From: Chiloscyllium plagiosum
Taxonomy: Eukaryota
Assembly (NCBI RefSeq): GCF_004010195.1
Contig: NC_057749.1
Location: 10,146,241-10,206,314 of the forward strand
Direction of reading: 5' to 3'
Length of the DNA: 60,074 nucleotides
Of this stretch, positions 13,063 through 26,739 are shown one piece after another. Numbering within the stretch: the first letter of the stretch is position 1; the number at the start of each line of letters is the position of its first letter. The notes under the pieces are model-generated. The model ran no database searches, had not been told where the DNA came from, and saw only the letters and a list, made by a program, of their open reading frames with translations. The position numbers were made by a program, and so were the translations under genes.

Positions 13063-13872
13063 TTTATTGCATCTCTGCATCTATTTACAAGTTATAGGAA
13101 TAGGCTTGACATTATACAATGATTGGAGGAAAGGAGATCTCCCTAGGTGGATAATTCCTGCATGTATCCGACTACAACATTTTCCTTTAGTTTTGATAAC
13201 ACCATGCTTGTACGTTTCTTAATAAGCCGACAGGAAAATGATACTCAGTAGGTTGTACAACTGCAGTCTATTTATGTATTTTGGGCTTCCATTAGCGTGT
13301 TGGCCAGACAGCTTATTAGTGACACCAACAGCGTGGGTTCAATTCCCACACTAACTGAGGTTACCATCAAGGACTCTCCTTCTCAACCTCTCCCCTCAGA
13401 ATGTTGTGACCCTCAGGTTAAATCTCTGTCTAATGAGAGAGTATACCCATGATTTGGTAAGACTGTGGCAACTTTACTTTCAGTAATTACCTTAGTAAAA
13501 ACGTCTGTATTTTACTCAAGTAGATAATTGCAACAGTTAATTGGTCTGTTATCAAAGTCACCATAGTGACAAACAATTACGTAACTGATTTTCTAAAATC
13601 ACTGGTGTTTCAGCTAAATGCTACCATGTCTGAGTGAAACTCACCTTATTGCAATGTGAGAGTTTTACCAAGTTGTAAGGAGTACAGGTTTTCACTTGAT
13701 ATATTTCGTCATGTCAACTTTCTTGCAGTTTGTGCAGTTATTTTATCTTCAGATCATTTGTATATTATTGAATCAACCTGTTATAACACAGCTCAGGAAC
13801 AGGTGGGACAAGAAAACTGGACCTCCTGGCTCAGAGGTAGGGACACTACCACCACGCCATAAGAGTCCATAA

Positions 13873-13937
13873 TGTTCCCACCCAGGGGGACCTTTCACGT
13901 GTGAGGCAAAGTGTGATGACCACTACGCTATGGAAAC
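13873..13937 (-). pseudogene. tRNA-Val(CAC) pseudogene lacking the T-loop
   Basis: The minus strand GTTTCCATAGCGTAGTGGTCATCACACTTTGCCTCACACGTGAAAGGTCCCCCTGGGTGGGAACA aligns to vertebrate tRNA-Val-CAC with GGTTCGAAA (B box) deleted. Confidence 0.85.
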
Positions 13938-16900
13938 TCCAGTTCGTTCAATCGTGGGAAAGCTCTCACAATATGAGCTATTCCTTTGCAGTTTCATCAG
14001 TGATGGATTATCTTGATTGTGAATCAATTGGTAACAGTGGTTAGAGAATTATAGTGACAGATTGCATTGAGTGAGCAGGCAAGAATTTAATCAGAGGGTT
14101 CAGGTGACATCAGAACCAGTGGGCTTAAAGCTCTAATTATTAACATTACATTACAGGCTTAAATCACAGTCACTTAATAGCTCACTTCTTTTTTTCACAA
14201 ATTATACACAATAATTTTCACTTACCATTAATTGTACCTTCAGTAGTATCTGATGAGATTGAAGTCTATATTAACTCCACTGAATGGTGATTGTAATTGA
14301 GGTGGAATTGCTTTAAATTATGTTTGCTTTTGTATAAAAAAAGTGACAGTGTCATACATTTCACTAGAGTGCATAGTAAGACAATTTCTTTTAGTTTTAA
14401 AGTGAAATTCTAAAGGAATTTGCCCTCCTGTGTACATTGCAATGTCTTCAGTTGCACCATAACTGACCACTCGATGCTCGTCAGTAGTAATCATATCAAT
14501 AATCTATCATACCCTTAAGTTGATTTGAATTTTAACATTCTTTTCAATTAGATTACCTTATTACAACTGTGGGTCCAATGTCCATGTGCTGGTGTAAGGC
14601 AGGCCAGAGTAAAGAACATCTGCAGGTTTCACTGGAATTGTGATGTACAAATCCTATCTCAACTTTGGCAAGTCAAGCAACATTGATTAATTATTCTTCA
14701 CAACTCTGGGTTCTGATCCGGCTGAATGAATGGCACATGAACAATCTTGGGGCTGCTAAAATGGTACAAAGATGGAGTTTAAAGGGATGTGGTCACCTCA
14801 AGAGGGGGCAAAATAGAAGGACAGTTTATTTCAGAAAGCACCACGGTGAACTAACAGTCTCTTCCAAGGCTGAAGGGGTAGAAGGCTAAGAGATGTCCTG
14901 AAGATGAAAGAAACCCAATCTATGCATGAGTGGTAAGGTTGCCTGGCACTTGTACCGTGACGTAGGCTTGAGGTTGCAAAAGCCAATTCCATCTGTACAA
15001 CTCCGTGACTCTGAAAGTAAAGGTAAGAGAAAGGGAAGAAATGGGAGTGGGTTCACAATCCAAAGGTGTGGAACTCAGTATTAAGTCCAGAAGGTTGAAG
15101 ATGAGATGCTGGTCCTCCACTTTGTGCAGTATGATGAACTTTTATAAATCAGTGGGAATATAGAGACTGATCTTGGGCACTTTGGGAAGTTGGGAAGCAG
15201 TTAGAGAGGATGCAGGAAAGAATGGCTTTGGGCTGAGGGAGTTCCGATAAGTGGTGGATCAATTAAAGAGGCTGGAGCTGGACTCTTTCTGAAAGAAAAG
15301 GTTGGCAAGAGGTCAATATGGTCATGAGGGGTCCGGAGAGAACAGAGAGGAATGGTTTATTCGTATTGATGGAAGAGTTAAGAAGCAGAGGTCGTAATTT
15401 TGGGAGATCAACAGAAGAACCAAACGTGATATGAGGATAAGTTTTAATATGCAGCTCGAGGTTAAGTCCTAAAGAGTCACCCATTTGGACAGCATGCCTT
15501 GGCCAAGACAGTAGATGTCACAACCCGCTGTTTCCCAGGTGATCCAAAACACTTCCAGGTGGAGTTCCTCTGACACATCCTGCAAACACGTCTCCACCTC
15601 AGTATAGGTGTGGGGACATTTCTATAGGTGCAGTCTTTCTCTTGAAGTGTTGCCTGACTAACATGCTACTAAAGGATTGCAATATATTAATAGAGTTCTT
15701 ATTGATCTGGGAGAATATTTGTAGCTCAGGTTGTAAGTTTGCTCGCTGGTAGGTTTGTTCTCAGATGTTTTGTCACCGTACTAGGAAACATCATTGGTGA
15801 GCCCCCGGTTGAAGCGTTAGTGCTCTGTCCCACTTGCTATATATGTGTCTCATTTGTTGTGGTGGGTGTAGCATTTCCGGTTCTGTTTCTGAGATGTTGG
15901 TAAATGGGGTCCAAACCTATTTGTTTTTAATGGAGTTCTTACTATGATGTAGGGCTGTCCAGGGATCACTCCTGAAATACTTTGCACAGTTTTGGTTTCT
16001 TTAGTCATGAAATATAGGAAATAAGAGCAGTGGGAGCAGGAATGGTCTTCACCAAAGAAACTGGAATGGTTCAGGAGGGTAGCTCACGGACAACTTCCTA
16101 AGGGTGATAGAGATGGATGAATAAATGCTTGCCCAGCCAGCAATGCCCCCCTGAAAGAATGCCAAACAAAATTCCATCACTTCAGCCTGCTTCATTCAAT
16201 TAGATCAAGGCTAATCTTTAACCACAATGTCATTTTCCTCCACTAGCCAAATCCTTTGATATTTTTAATCTCTAGAAATTTATTGGTCTCGGTCTTCAAT
16301 AAGCAATGATTCAGCATTTATGCCAGGGGGTGTCATGAGTCACAAGGATTCAAAAATTCCTCTTCATCTTCATCCCTGAAAATGAGGAAACAAGTTAGGA
16401 GCACAACAAGGATATATGCCCAACTAGCCTGCCTTGACATTCAATACAATCACAAGTGACCTGATCATGGCCCCAGTTTCACATTCCCACCCACCCTTTA
16501 TTAATGGCTTAACTTTTATCCTAAAGGATACACTGTCCTCAGAGCAAGTGCAACAAAGGTCATTGCACTGATTCCTAAAATGAGAAGATTGTCCAATGAG
16601 AAATGACCTAGTCAAGACATGTGACATTCTTAAGAGGTTCTGAATGGGAGATTGTGCTTGGCTGGGTGGGGAAAAGGAGACGGAACTAGAACTTGATGGG
16701 CTGAATGTCCTTCATCTCCACTGTAGGGATTCTATGATTCCATAATTCTATGATGCATAGCCTCAAAATAAAGTGATAAGGAAGTTTTGGATTGCTCTAC
16801 TCCAGAAAGCTGTTGATGTTCAGTTACTGAACCCATTCACAAGTGAAATCAACAGATTTTTTTTTCATATGAAGGGTGTCAAAGGATACGGGACTGGTAT

Positions 16901-17124
16901 AAGAAGTTGAATTTCAGGTAAAAGGTTAGAGTTAAGTTCTTATTGTATGGTGGAGTAGGCTTGAAGGGCCAATGACCTACGTTTGCTGCTGTATTTTATG
17001 TGTTTCTCACATTTAAGTGTTTGGATAATAACTGAAAGTTTTCTTTTGGGTAACTCAGCTTTAAAATACACATCATAGATCTTCTCCACTTAGTGATTTG
17101 AGTGTATAATCCAGGCTGACAATC

Positions 17125-17623
17125 CATAGAGTCATAGAGTCGTACAGCACAGAAACAGACCGATCGGTCCCACATGTCTATAATCCCAAACTACACTAGT
17201 CCCACCCGCCTGCTCTTGGCCCTTATCTCTGCAAACCTTTCCTAATCACGTACTTATCTAAGTGTCTTCCAAGCATTATAACTGTGCCTACATCCACCAC
17301 TTCCTCAGGAATTTCATTCCACATGTGAACTACCCTCTGTGTAAAAACGTTTGCCTCTCAGGTCTTTTTCAAATATCTCTACTGTCACCTTAAAAACATG
17401 CCCCCGGTCTTGAAATCCTCCATCCTAGGGAAAAGACAACTACCATTAATCCTATCTATGTCCCTCATGATTTTATAACCTTCTATTAGGTCACCCCTCA
17501 ACCTTCTACGCTCCAGTGAAAAAAGTCCTAACCTTTCTTTATAACTCAAACCTTCCATACCCAGCAACATCCTGGTATATCTCTTCAGAACCCCCTCCAG
17601 CTTAATAATATCCTTCCTATAAC
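17125..17623 (-). mobile_element. CR1/HER1 3' fragment
   Basis: YRKDIIKLE..RRLRGDLIE on the minus strand. Confidence 0.9.
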
Positions 17624-18129
17624 TTGGCATGGTGAGTGGGGGGTAGGTGGTGTGGAAGTGGTATCATTCCACTTGAAGACCTGTCCAGAAAATTAATTAG
17701 GATGCCAAATTTGCATAAATCACTCATCGTGTCAGAAAAGTGAAACTCATAATGGTTTACCATGGCTCCGTAGGAAGACACAGCACACAAAGAGAGAGGC
17801 CTTTCAGCTGAGTGCATCTGCGCTAGCTCTTTGAAAGAGGTATCCAATTATTCCAATTCCTATTCTTCACCCAACTCTCTGCCCTGAATCCGGTTTGTTC
17901 TTCTTCAACTAAATGTATATAATCCCCGTTAGGAAGTTATTGAACATGCTTCTGTCAGATCTCTTGGGATGGTAATCTAGATAATAATTCACCACCTTAA
18001 AAAAGACCTATGCAGTTAATGTTTGGGCCTTGGGGAGTGTTAGAGGGGATAAAGAGTGGAGCTGGAAAAAGCACAGCAGGACAAGAAGCATCAGAGGAAG
18101 AGGAGAATCGATGTTTCAGGTCAGAATGG

Positions 18130-18936
18130 AAAGACCTAGGACATAGTTCCTTGAAAGTGAAGTCACAGTTAGCCAGGGTAGTAAAGAAGGTGTTTGGCTC
18201 ACTTGCCTTAATCTGTTACAGTATTGAGTACAGGAGTTGGGATGTCATGTTACAGCTTTAGAAGACATTGGTGAGGCCACATTTGGAGTACTGCGTACAA
18301 TTCTGATTTGGAAATGCCGGTGTTGGACTGGGGTGTACAAAGTTAAAAATCACACAACACCAGGTTATAGTCCAACAGGTTTAACTGGAAGCACTGGCTT
18401 TCGGAGCTCCTAATTAAACCTGGTGTACAATTCTGTTCACCCTGCTACAGGAAATTAGAAAGGGTGCAAAAAAGATTTACAAGGATGTTACCGAGACTGG
18501 AGGGGTCAAGTTATGAGGAGAGGCTGGATAGGCTTGGATTATTTTCCCTGGACCGTAGAAGGTTGAGGGGTCATCTCATAGAGATTTGTAAAATCATGAG
18601 GGGCACAGGTAAGGTGAATGGCCAAGGTCGTTTCCCCAGGGTGGGGGAGTCCAAAACTAGAGGGTGCAGGCTTAAGGTGAAAGGGGAAAGATTTAAAAGG
18701 TACCTCGGGGCAACTTTTTCACACAGAGGGTGGAGCTACATGGAACGAGCTGCCAAATGAAGTGGTGGAGGTGAGTATAATTACAACATTTAAAAGACAT
18801 TTGGACATGTAGATAGATAGGAGATGTTTCGAGGGATATGGGCCAAATGCAGGCAAATGGGACCACTTCAGTTCAGGACACCTGGTTGGCATGAAGGGTT
18901 TGTTTCCGTGAGCTATGACTCTATAACTCTATGGCT
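18130..18936 (+). mobile_element. CR1/HER1 3' fragment
   Basis: QKRFTRMLP..RRLRGHLIE; ctatgact tail. Confidence 0.9.
18306..18424. mobile_element. Family C insert within a CR1 fragment
   Basis: 11 bp TSD gtacaattctg (18295-18305 / 18425-18435). Confidence 0.8.
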
Positions 18937-19684
18937 CTCCTCATCTCTCCCTTCCTGTTCTTTAACCCACTGACCATTATCATTGTTTCAATATCGGCAT
19001 TCTGCTCTATGCTTCATTAGGCACATTTCCCCATAGTTTTCTGAAGGAAACATGAATGAAAATAAACAAGAGGTCTTGTAAATCATTTGACATCACAATG
19101 CTTAACCAACATCACAATTTGTAATGTAAAAACCACCACCACTGGGCAGCAAATGATGGAAATTTGACACGGGGAGAATGTGAGAAACACAGAACAGGTT
19201 AGGCAGCCTGTCAAAAGGGCTTGAAAATGAAAAGACAGACAGGCAGTATTATCAGAATAAAGTGAAGGGGGATAATGTGAAAGAAAACACAAATACCAAT
19301 CAAGGGACATTAAACTCGTGACATGTCTTAAAGGACAAGTGGGAGATTGATGAAATGACGAAAAGATTGTCTTAAGCAGCAAAACATTAATCAGCAGGAG
19401 AGATTCTCACATCCAACCAGAATATTCCACTGACAAATGACCTACAGTGAACATCAAACCAACATCAGGAATGCTGGAGTTATTCAGCAGGTCTGGAAGC
19501 AACTGTGGAGAGGGAGAGACAATTAACATTTTGAGTCCAGGTCTGAAAAGGAGTCATACCAGACTCCGAGCTGCAGCATACTGTTTCAGCTTTCCAGCAT
19601 TTGCAGTATTTTGCTGGGTTGATGGCTCTGAAATTTGCTAGGTTTGTATAAAGTAAATGGACTGCACAGATTCCCATTGATCAA

Positions 19685-20010
19685 GTGGCACGGTGGCTCA
19701 GTGGTTGGCACTGGTACCTCACAATGCCAGCGAGCAAGGTTTGATTCCAGACTCAGGTGACTGTCTGTGTAGAGGTGGCATGTTCTCCCTGTGTCTATCG
19801 TGTTTGCTCTGGTTTCCTCCGACAGTCCAAAGATATGCAGGTTAGGTGGCTAGGCCATGCTAAGTGTCCAAGGATGTGTAGGCTAGGTAAAATTAGCCAT
19901 GGGAAATGCAGGGTTCTGGGGATAGACTACAGGGATGTCTGGGTGGAATGTTCTTGGGAGGGTCAATGTGAACTTTTGCTGAATGGCCTGCTTTACACTG
20001 TAGGGATTTT
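19685..20010 (+). mobile_element. HE1-type V-SINE (older)
   Basis: Family similarity. Confidence 0.85.
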
Positions 20011-20019
20011 ATTATTGCA

Positions 20020-20400
20020 AAGATGTTCAGTTGGTAGTGCTGTTACCATTGAGTTAGAAGCTTATGGATTTAAGTGACACTCCGGAGAGCTAAGCAAGGA
20101 ATATACATCAAGATTTCAGTGCAGTACTAAGAGAGGTGTTATCTCTCAGTTGTGATATTCAGGTAAGATTCCTCATGAGATTTTGAGTGCTATTTTAAAG
20201 CAGAAGAGGGGAGTTCCTTCTATTGTTCCGGCCTGATTGACATTTATCGCTCACCCGACATCACTGAACAGATTTTTCTGGTCATTACCATGTTGCATAT
20301 TGTGGGATCTTGCTGTGTGCAGTTTAGCAAGTGTGTTTTCTATATTAAAGTAATCATTACATTCCAAAGCAACTGAAACAGTGTTTTGGTAGGACAGAAT
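20020..20400 (+). mobile_element. SacSINE1/DeuSINE-like old SINE (other pieces 1220-1425 +, 7690-7875 +, 11255-11470 -)
   Basis: tRNA-like head and atttatccctca..catcact..ctggtcatt..gtgggatcttgctgtg core; L2-type gctatataaatgca tail in the 1220 and 7690 copies. Confidence 0.65.
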
Positions 20401-20621
20401 TTGGATATTGTTGAAAAATGGTACATTTTTGTCAAAACTTCTTGCCTTGCACTCATCAGGACAATTTGCATAAAAATACAAGGTCAAATGGAACAACATT
20501 TTTAGACTGCATGGGAAGAACATGCTGATTGGTTGGGAAGTGGAATCTGATTTGTTGCCAAGTTGCCATGGAAAATGCAACAGTCAGATGATGACCGACA
20601 GCTAACTTTTATAAAGCTGTA

Positions 20622-21162
20622 AGACCAGAGGAGCATAGGACATAGGAGCAGGTCTGCTCTGCCATTCAGTCATGGCTGATAAGTTTCTCCACCCTACTCT
20701 CCTGCTTTCTCCCTGAAACCCTTGATCCCTTTGATACTCAAGACCCTATCTGTCTCAGTCTTAATATACTCAATGACCTGGCCTCCACAGCGACTTGTAG
20801 CAATGAATTCCATAGATTCACAACTCTCTGGCTGAAGAAGTGTCTCCTTATCTCCATTCTAAAAGGCCTCCTTTACTCTAAGGCTGTGCCCTCGGGTCCT
20901 AATCTCTCCTACAAATGGAAACATCTTCCCAACATCTATCTGTCCAGACCATTCAATATTCTGGATGTTTCAATTAGATATCCTCTCATCCTTCTAACTT
21001 CCATTCAGTATAGACCCAGAATCCTCAAATGTTCCTCATATGTTAAGCTTTTCATTCCTGGAACCATTTCTCATGAACATCCTCTGGACCCGCTCCAGTA
21101 CATCTTCCTGAGATATAGGGCCCAAAACTGCACACAATACTCCAAATGTAGTCTGACCAGAA
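20622..21162 (-). mobile_element. CR1 3' fragment
   Basis: CR1 C-terminal sequence on the minus strand. Confidence 0.85.
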
Positions 21163-22039
21163 GTATAAAGTGTGCCGGAATGTCTTAGAGACTCAAAAAA
21201 GGCACTGAAAAAGTGCAACTTTTCATTTCAGTGACAAATTGAGTCATCACACTGTATTGTAATTGCGCATACGTTGAAACTCCTGTACTACAGTGTAAAT
21301 TCATTCACAGAAACTGATGTTTTGACAGTATCTTGGATCCAGTAACAGAAACTGGTGCCTTCTAAGTTCAATTGGTATCAATAATTCCAGAAAAATGCTC
21401 TCTTCTTGGTCTTGCTGCAGGTTTGCCTTCCAGGATCAGTTATTTTGATCAAGAGCAGGTTGGTTGGAATCATCTGATAAAGGGGCAGCCTATAATTTTT
21501 TTTCAATGGGTGCAATCCAAAGTTCACCCCAAAGTGCGCCCATTCCCTCTACAGTGTCAATATGTCTGCCAATCTCAATGGAACACGCTTGAATGTAAAA
21601 TAGGTGTAAATGGGGGTAAATGGTCAGAATGCAAGAGAAGTGACTACTTTGCATCATAGAATGTTCACAGAACAAATGAAGACCATTCACTCCATCGTGT
21701 CTGTACCTGTGCTCTGAAAGAACAATTTATCTAGGCTCATTCCCTTCACCTTCTCTATGTATTCCGTGGTTTTTATTTTATTTTCATATAATGATCTCAT
21801 TTGCTTTAGAAAGCCTTGATTAAATCTACCTCCATTACACTGTCTGGCGGCAGATTCAAGATCCTAACCAATCACAACATGAAAAAGATTTTTCTCACGT
21901 TGTCACTGCTTCTTTGGCAATCATCTTGAATTTGTGACCCTTTGGATCTTGATTCTCTCGATCTTATGTTTCTTAATGGTGAAAATTAAAGTTATTGGTA
22001 GTTCTTTGGTAGTAGAGAATTTGAGTCTTCCTGAAAAAA

Positions 22040-22178
22040 AAGGGACATTTTTTGAAGCTTTCACATTGTAGTCATCAGAACATTTTGCAGGAGTACAGAT
22101 GTTGGGGTTCCTCTTGATTTTGTATTCTTGTGAGATGTCCTGATGAATACAAAATGAAAAGTTTTGACAAGATATATG
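22040..22178. mobile_element. Penelope-like fold-back insert, family E (related arm 20420-20610)
   Basis: Opposed motifs; + strand TGTC-CTGATGA-AT-acaaa-AT-GAAA-AGTT-TT-GACA at 22136-22169. Confidence 0.65.
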
Positions 22179-22371
22179 CATATATGGCATAGTGTGTTTA
22201 AGAACACACAATTGGAGAAGCTTTGCAATTTTTCACATACTTGCACTGCAGAAATTTACCAAAGATCCTCACACAGCACCTTCTAAACCCATGCCCATTT
22301 CCATCTCAAAGGACAAAGGCAGCAGATATATGGGAACACCCATCACCTTTAACTTCCACTCCAAGCCACTC

Positions 22372-22554
22372 GGAGGTAGTGAGGACCACAGATGCTAGAG
22401 AGCCAGAGTCGATAAAGTGTGGCATTAGAAAGAGAACAGCAGATCAGGGAGCATCAGAGCAGGAGGAGAGATGACTTTTCAAGTAGTCCTGATGCCCAAA
22501 ACATCGACTCTCCTCCTCCACGGATGCTACCTGCCCTGCTGTGCTTTTTCCAAT
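22372..22554. mobile_element. Family A fold-back insert
   Basis: 12 bp TSD tccaagccactc (22360-22371 / 22555-22566); inverted arms. Confidence 0.8.
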
Positions 22555-22869
22555 TCCAAGCCACTCACCATTCTGACTTGGAAACGTATCGCTGTTCCTT
22601 CATGGTCACCGGGTCAAATTCCCAGAATTCCATCCTTAATGGCATTGTGGGTCAACCCACAGCAGGTGGACTGCCACAGTTCAAGAAGGCAGCTCACTAC
22701 TGCCTTCTCAAGGGGCAACTAGGGATGAGCAATAAATGCTGGCCCAGCCGGCAAAGTTCACATACCGTAAAAATGAATAAATTTTTAAAAATACTGACAC
22801 CACAAAAATTAATTGGTAGGAACAGAAATACATTGGAGATATTGGTTGTTTTAAATGCACTGATGTCAC

Positions 22870-23263
22870 AGAGTCATATAGTCATGGAGACAGCACGGAA
22901 ACAGACCCTTCGGTCCAACCCGCCCATGCCGACCAGATATCCCAACCCAATCTAGCCCCACCTGCCAGCATCCAGCCCANNNNNNNNNNNNNNNNNNNNN
23001 NNNNNNNNNNNNNNNNNNNNNNNNNNNNNNNNNNNNNNNNNNNNNNNNNNNNNNNNNNNNNNNNNNNNNNNNNNNNNNNNNNNNNNNNNNNNNNNNNNNA
23101 ACATCCTTGTAAATCTTTTCTGAACCTTTTCAAGTTTCACAACATCCTTCCGATAGGAAGGAGACCAGAATTGCACGCAATATTGCAACAGTGGTCTAAC
23201 CAATATCCTGTACAGCCGCAACATGACGTTCCAACTCCTGTACTCAATACTCTGACCAATAAA
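22870..23263 (-). mobile_element. CR1/HER1 3' fragment spanning an N gap
   Basis: LVRPLLQYCVQFWSP on the minus strand. Confidence 0.88.
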
Positions 23264-23602
23264 GGTCAAAATACGTAGCAAAAGTCTTTGAGATTTACAG
23301 TGTTTTATTGTAAGTCTATATTGTAATATAAACACTACTTTTTACTACTGAAACTGTCCAAAGGCAAACTCCAAATGGAAAACTCTAGTTTTTTTCCAAA
23401 TAATCCAAAAAGAAAAATTATCAGCTCTGGCATCGTAATAATAGCAAAATAACAAAGGAAGAATTAACAGCTAAATCAAAATATCATCCGCGTGGAAAAT
23501 AATAGCCCAGCCCCTGTGGTGCCCACCTGTCCTGAAAGCTTCAAGGCTACTGGTGGATAGGGTGTGCTGTCTCTCTCCAAGGTCAGCTGGACTCAGATGT
23601 AG

Positions 23603-23772
23603 AGTCAAAAAGTGTGGTGCTGGAAAATGATGAAGGAATGATCATTCCTGATGAAGAGCTTATGCTTGAAACATCGATTCTCCTGGTTCTCGGATGCTGC
23701 CTGACTGGCTGTGCTTTTCCAGCACCACACTTTTCGACTCTGATCTCCAACAATGACAGTCCTTATTTTCTC
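23603..23772. mobile_element. Family A fold-back insert
   Basis: 16 bp TSD ctggactcagatgtag (23587-23602 / 23773-23788); CTGATGA..GAAAC motif at 23648. Confidence 0.85.
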
Positions 23773-24180
23773 CTGGACTCAGATGTAGCTTCACAATGAT
23801 TTAGCTTGTGTTTTATCCTGAAAAATCCACTAGCAAATCACCCATTTATCTAAATAAACAGAAATCAAATTAAGAACTTTTTTTTTGAAAACACACCACC
23901 GGATGTCCTATATGACGACTTAATGAATGAATTATTAGTACTACACACCACAGGAAGGAAGAAAGATGAAGATACTAAACGAAATGGAATTGGAGTGGAA
24001 AATAAGTCACTCCAACCCCTGTGGTGCCCATGTCTCTCTAATTGCCTCAAAGGTGTTGGTGGGCACTGTGGTGTGCCTCCCCAAGGCACCCACACACAGC
24101 GGTAAGAACCCTGCTCGTAAATACAAAGTTCACTGAGCGTGACGTTCTCAGTCAGGTCTTGGTCTATTTGCGTCTTGTTA

Positions 24181-24557
24181 AGGCTCTTGTGGCACAGTCC
24201 TAGTGTCCCTACTGCTTGACGAGGAGACCCAAGGTCAAGTCCCACCAGCTCCGGCAATATATAATGACATCTGTGAACAGTTTGATTAGAAAATACCTTT
24301 GTGTCTTATTTGGGCTCTTGTGACATCATGGTAGTGTCCCTACATCTGAATCAGGAGACCCAGGCCCAAGACCCACCAGAGGTGGGACTCCCGATGTATG
24401 CAATGACATCTCTGAGTAGGTTGATTTAAAAGAAAAATGCCTTACCAGAGTTGGGTAAGAGCGTGGTTTCTGGTGGTGTAGTGGTAATGTCCATAACTCT
24501 AAGGTAGGAGGCCCATGTTCAAGTCCCAGAGGTATGTCTGAAAAGTTGGTTAAGATA
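24181..24557 (+). mobile_element. Three tandem ~115 bp tRNA-derived short SINEs
   Basis: ggctcttgtgg..gtagtgtccctac..ggttcaagtcccacc..ctgaacaggttgatt units; more at 33555-33670, 33703-33812, and on - at 8125-8245, 13765-13868, 44955-45070. Confidence 0.72.
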
Positions 24558-25769
24558 GTGTCTTGATTTGATGCTTTTCATTGACACAGATACCTGCATA
24601 CAGTGAAAAGTTTTGTTTTGCATGCAGTCCAGGCAGGTCATACCATACATGGGAATACAGATTGTCAGGTGTTTAGACAGAGTGAGGCATACAGGGTTAT
24701 GACTGCACAGGAAGTATGCATGTGTCTTAAAGAGAGCTATGTTTCTAACTCTGACCGTTGGTGAGAGTACCTTTAAAATGACCACTCAAATGATTGCTGT
24801 GAACCATGAGCAAAATGATTTTGTTCCTTGCTAATCTGAAGCAAGCTTCCAAGAAAGTGAAATGGTGGGCAACTCGAACGCGAAGCTCTACCAGTGAAGG
24901 CAGCCTCCTGTATTGTGCGATGACGGTTTGAGCCTTGATGGTCAACTCTGTATTCAAGGCATCACCTGCTGGGCCTCAGGATCCCTTGGCTGGCATGTCA
25001 GTCTCTGCGGAGGAGGAAGGCAGTGGCCTGAGATTCGCTGGTTTCCACTTTTGCTGGGTAATCTTCTCATCCGGTTGAGCTGTGCATTCCTTCCCATCAC
25101 TTGCAATGCCCTGTCGAAGGAACAGCCTACAGAAATGACACCTTCCAGGGATTTTTCTCCCCCCCCAGTTATCAAAGTCAATCTCCTCCAACTTCACAAC
25201 TTGCATGCAGAGTTACCCAGTGGCTTACCAGGAAGCCGTGACCCAGTGAGCAGTTTGCCCCCATGCATTTAAGTCTTTAGATGTACACCCATCATCCATC
25301 AATTCCACCAGTGGAGATGTTGGTGGAACTGAGCATAGGCTGATGGAATTAACATGCTCCTGGACCTCTGAATTGGTGGCTGAGATATATCTGATAGGAA
25401 GCGTTGCTTTATAACAGGGATATAACTGGGTAGTGGTGTCACTGAATGGTCATAGAAGCTTGGGAAAATTTGAATACAGTCAGCCCAGGTTTCTGCAATC
25501 TATTGAGCATGTTAATGGTCAGCAAAAAGGCAAGAGGAAATTCAAGCCAAGGAGCACTTTGGCAGCAAAGGAGAGAGAGCATGGGTAAAAGGGGGAATGG
25601 AAAATCTCACTCTTCAGGTGGACACCGATGGCCTTTTCCCTACCAGTTATAATACAACTGCAAATGCTGCGGGTAGTGAAGCCTTGTTTAATGACATGTT
25701 TTGGAAGGGCCAAGTGGGCCACCCTCTCATCTTATATCCAATCAAAAACAAGTTGCCCCTCAGTGAATG

Positions 25770-26170
25770 GTGGGTGGGGCCGTTATTGGGGAAATCAGGC
25801 TTTTGATTGGCTTAAAAGCTGCTGAGGAGCAGAGGATTGGACCAGTCCTGGCCCTTAAGGGGTCATGACTGACGTACCCCCGATAGACGTCACCATGGGA
25901 ACTGTTGACACGCCCCCTACGCCTCAATGGTTGCTATGGATGTTATCTATGACAGAGACTTATTAAACTTCATGCAAAAGTTCACAAATTAAGTTACACA
26001 GTTACGCTGGTGCAGCAAGGGTGGGGCATCTGAACCAGCTCAGGGGAAAGGGGAAATTTAAGCAGAGGGGGAGGTTTGCTTAACTTGAGGGATACACACA
26101 TCCTTCAACTCATCTTCCAACCCAAGATCCCAGTCAGTAAAGAAGAAGGAAGCCACTAACAGGACTAAAC
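25770..26170 (+). promoter_or_regulatory. Putative proximal promoter / 5' UTR of the SORD-like gene
   Basis: Within 400 bp of the ATG: GGGTGGGGC boxes (25772, 26019), two inverted CCAAT (ATTGG 25806, 25836) and CRE-like TGACGT/GACGTCA (25870, 25886). Motif inspection only. Confidence 0.35.
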
Positions 26171-26221
26171 ATGGCGCAGGACAACATGGCTTTGGTGTTA
26201 GCCTGTGGAGAGTTGAAACTG
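26171..26221 (+). CDS. sord: SORD-like gene, coding exon 1 (MAQDNMALVLACGELKL)
   Basis: ATG in aaacATGG context; the peptide resembles the SORD N-terminus (NLSLVVHGPGDLRL); phase-0 donor gtaatc at 26222; in frame with exon 2. Confidence 0.85.
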
Positions 26222-26739
26222 GTAATCACACTTTCTGTTTTTCTTCTGTGATGGATCAACCATGTGTGAACCCGCAGGAGGTCGAAGGCATCAGGGTGAA
26301 GGACGTCTTCCTGCGGGGGGACACGGTATAAAGTAGAAATGCACATGAAACCTATCAAAGCAAGTTTAGGTGATAGAGGAGCTGGTCTAAACGTTGTTTT
26401 ACCAGTGTGCGTTCAGCCTCTGTCATGACAATGCCCCTTAATTATAACCAAATATTAAAATGAAAACTTAAAGGTTCCAAGGTTTGGGGGGGGATTAAGC
26501 AGAGAAATGCGGGGAACAAGATCAATTCGTTTCCCTCCTGGGTTGGTTTCACGATGTGCCATCGCTGGGATAAGTTTCCTATTGTTGTCAGCAGGTACGT
26601 GTCCAAGTGATGCCTGTAACGTCGCCATTGCCGTGTTATGTTCACGTATAATTGGTGCAGTTTATTCACTGGGACCGAATCAAACACCTCCCCACCAAAT
26701 CAATCCGCACTGTTTCGGTATTTGTTGGTCTTTAACCAG

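Noticed and set aside
13120..13150. KGDLPR as SORD exon 1 (GDLRL)
   Set aside because: No suitable start or phase-0 donor; the true exon 1 is at 26171.
24780..25450. Overlapping 70-119 aa ORFs upstream of SORD
   Set aside because: No recognisable domain or splice structure; probably decayed repeat.
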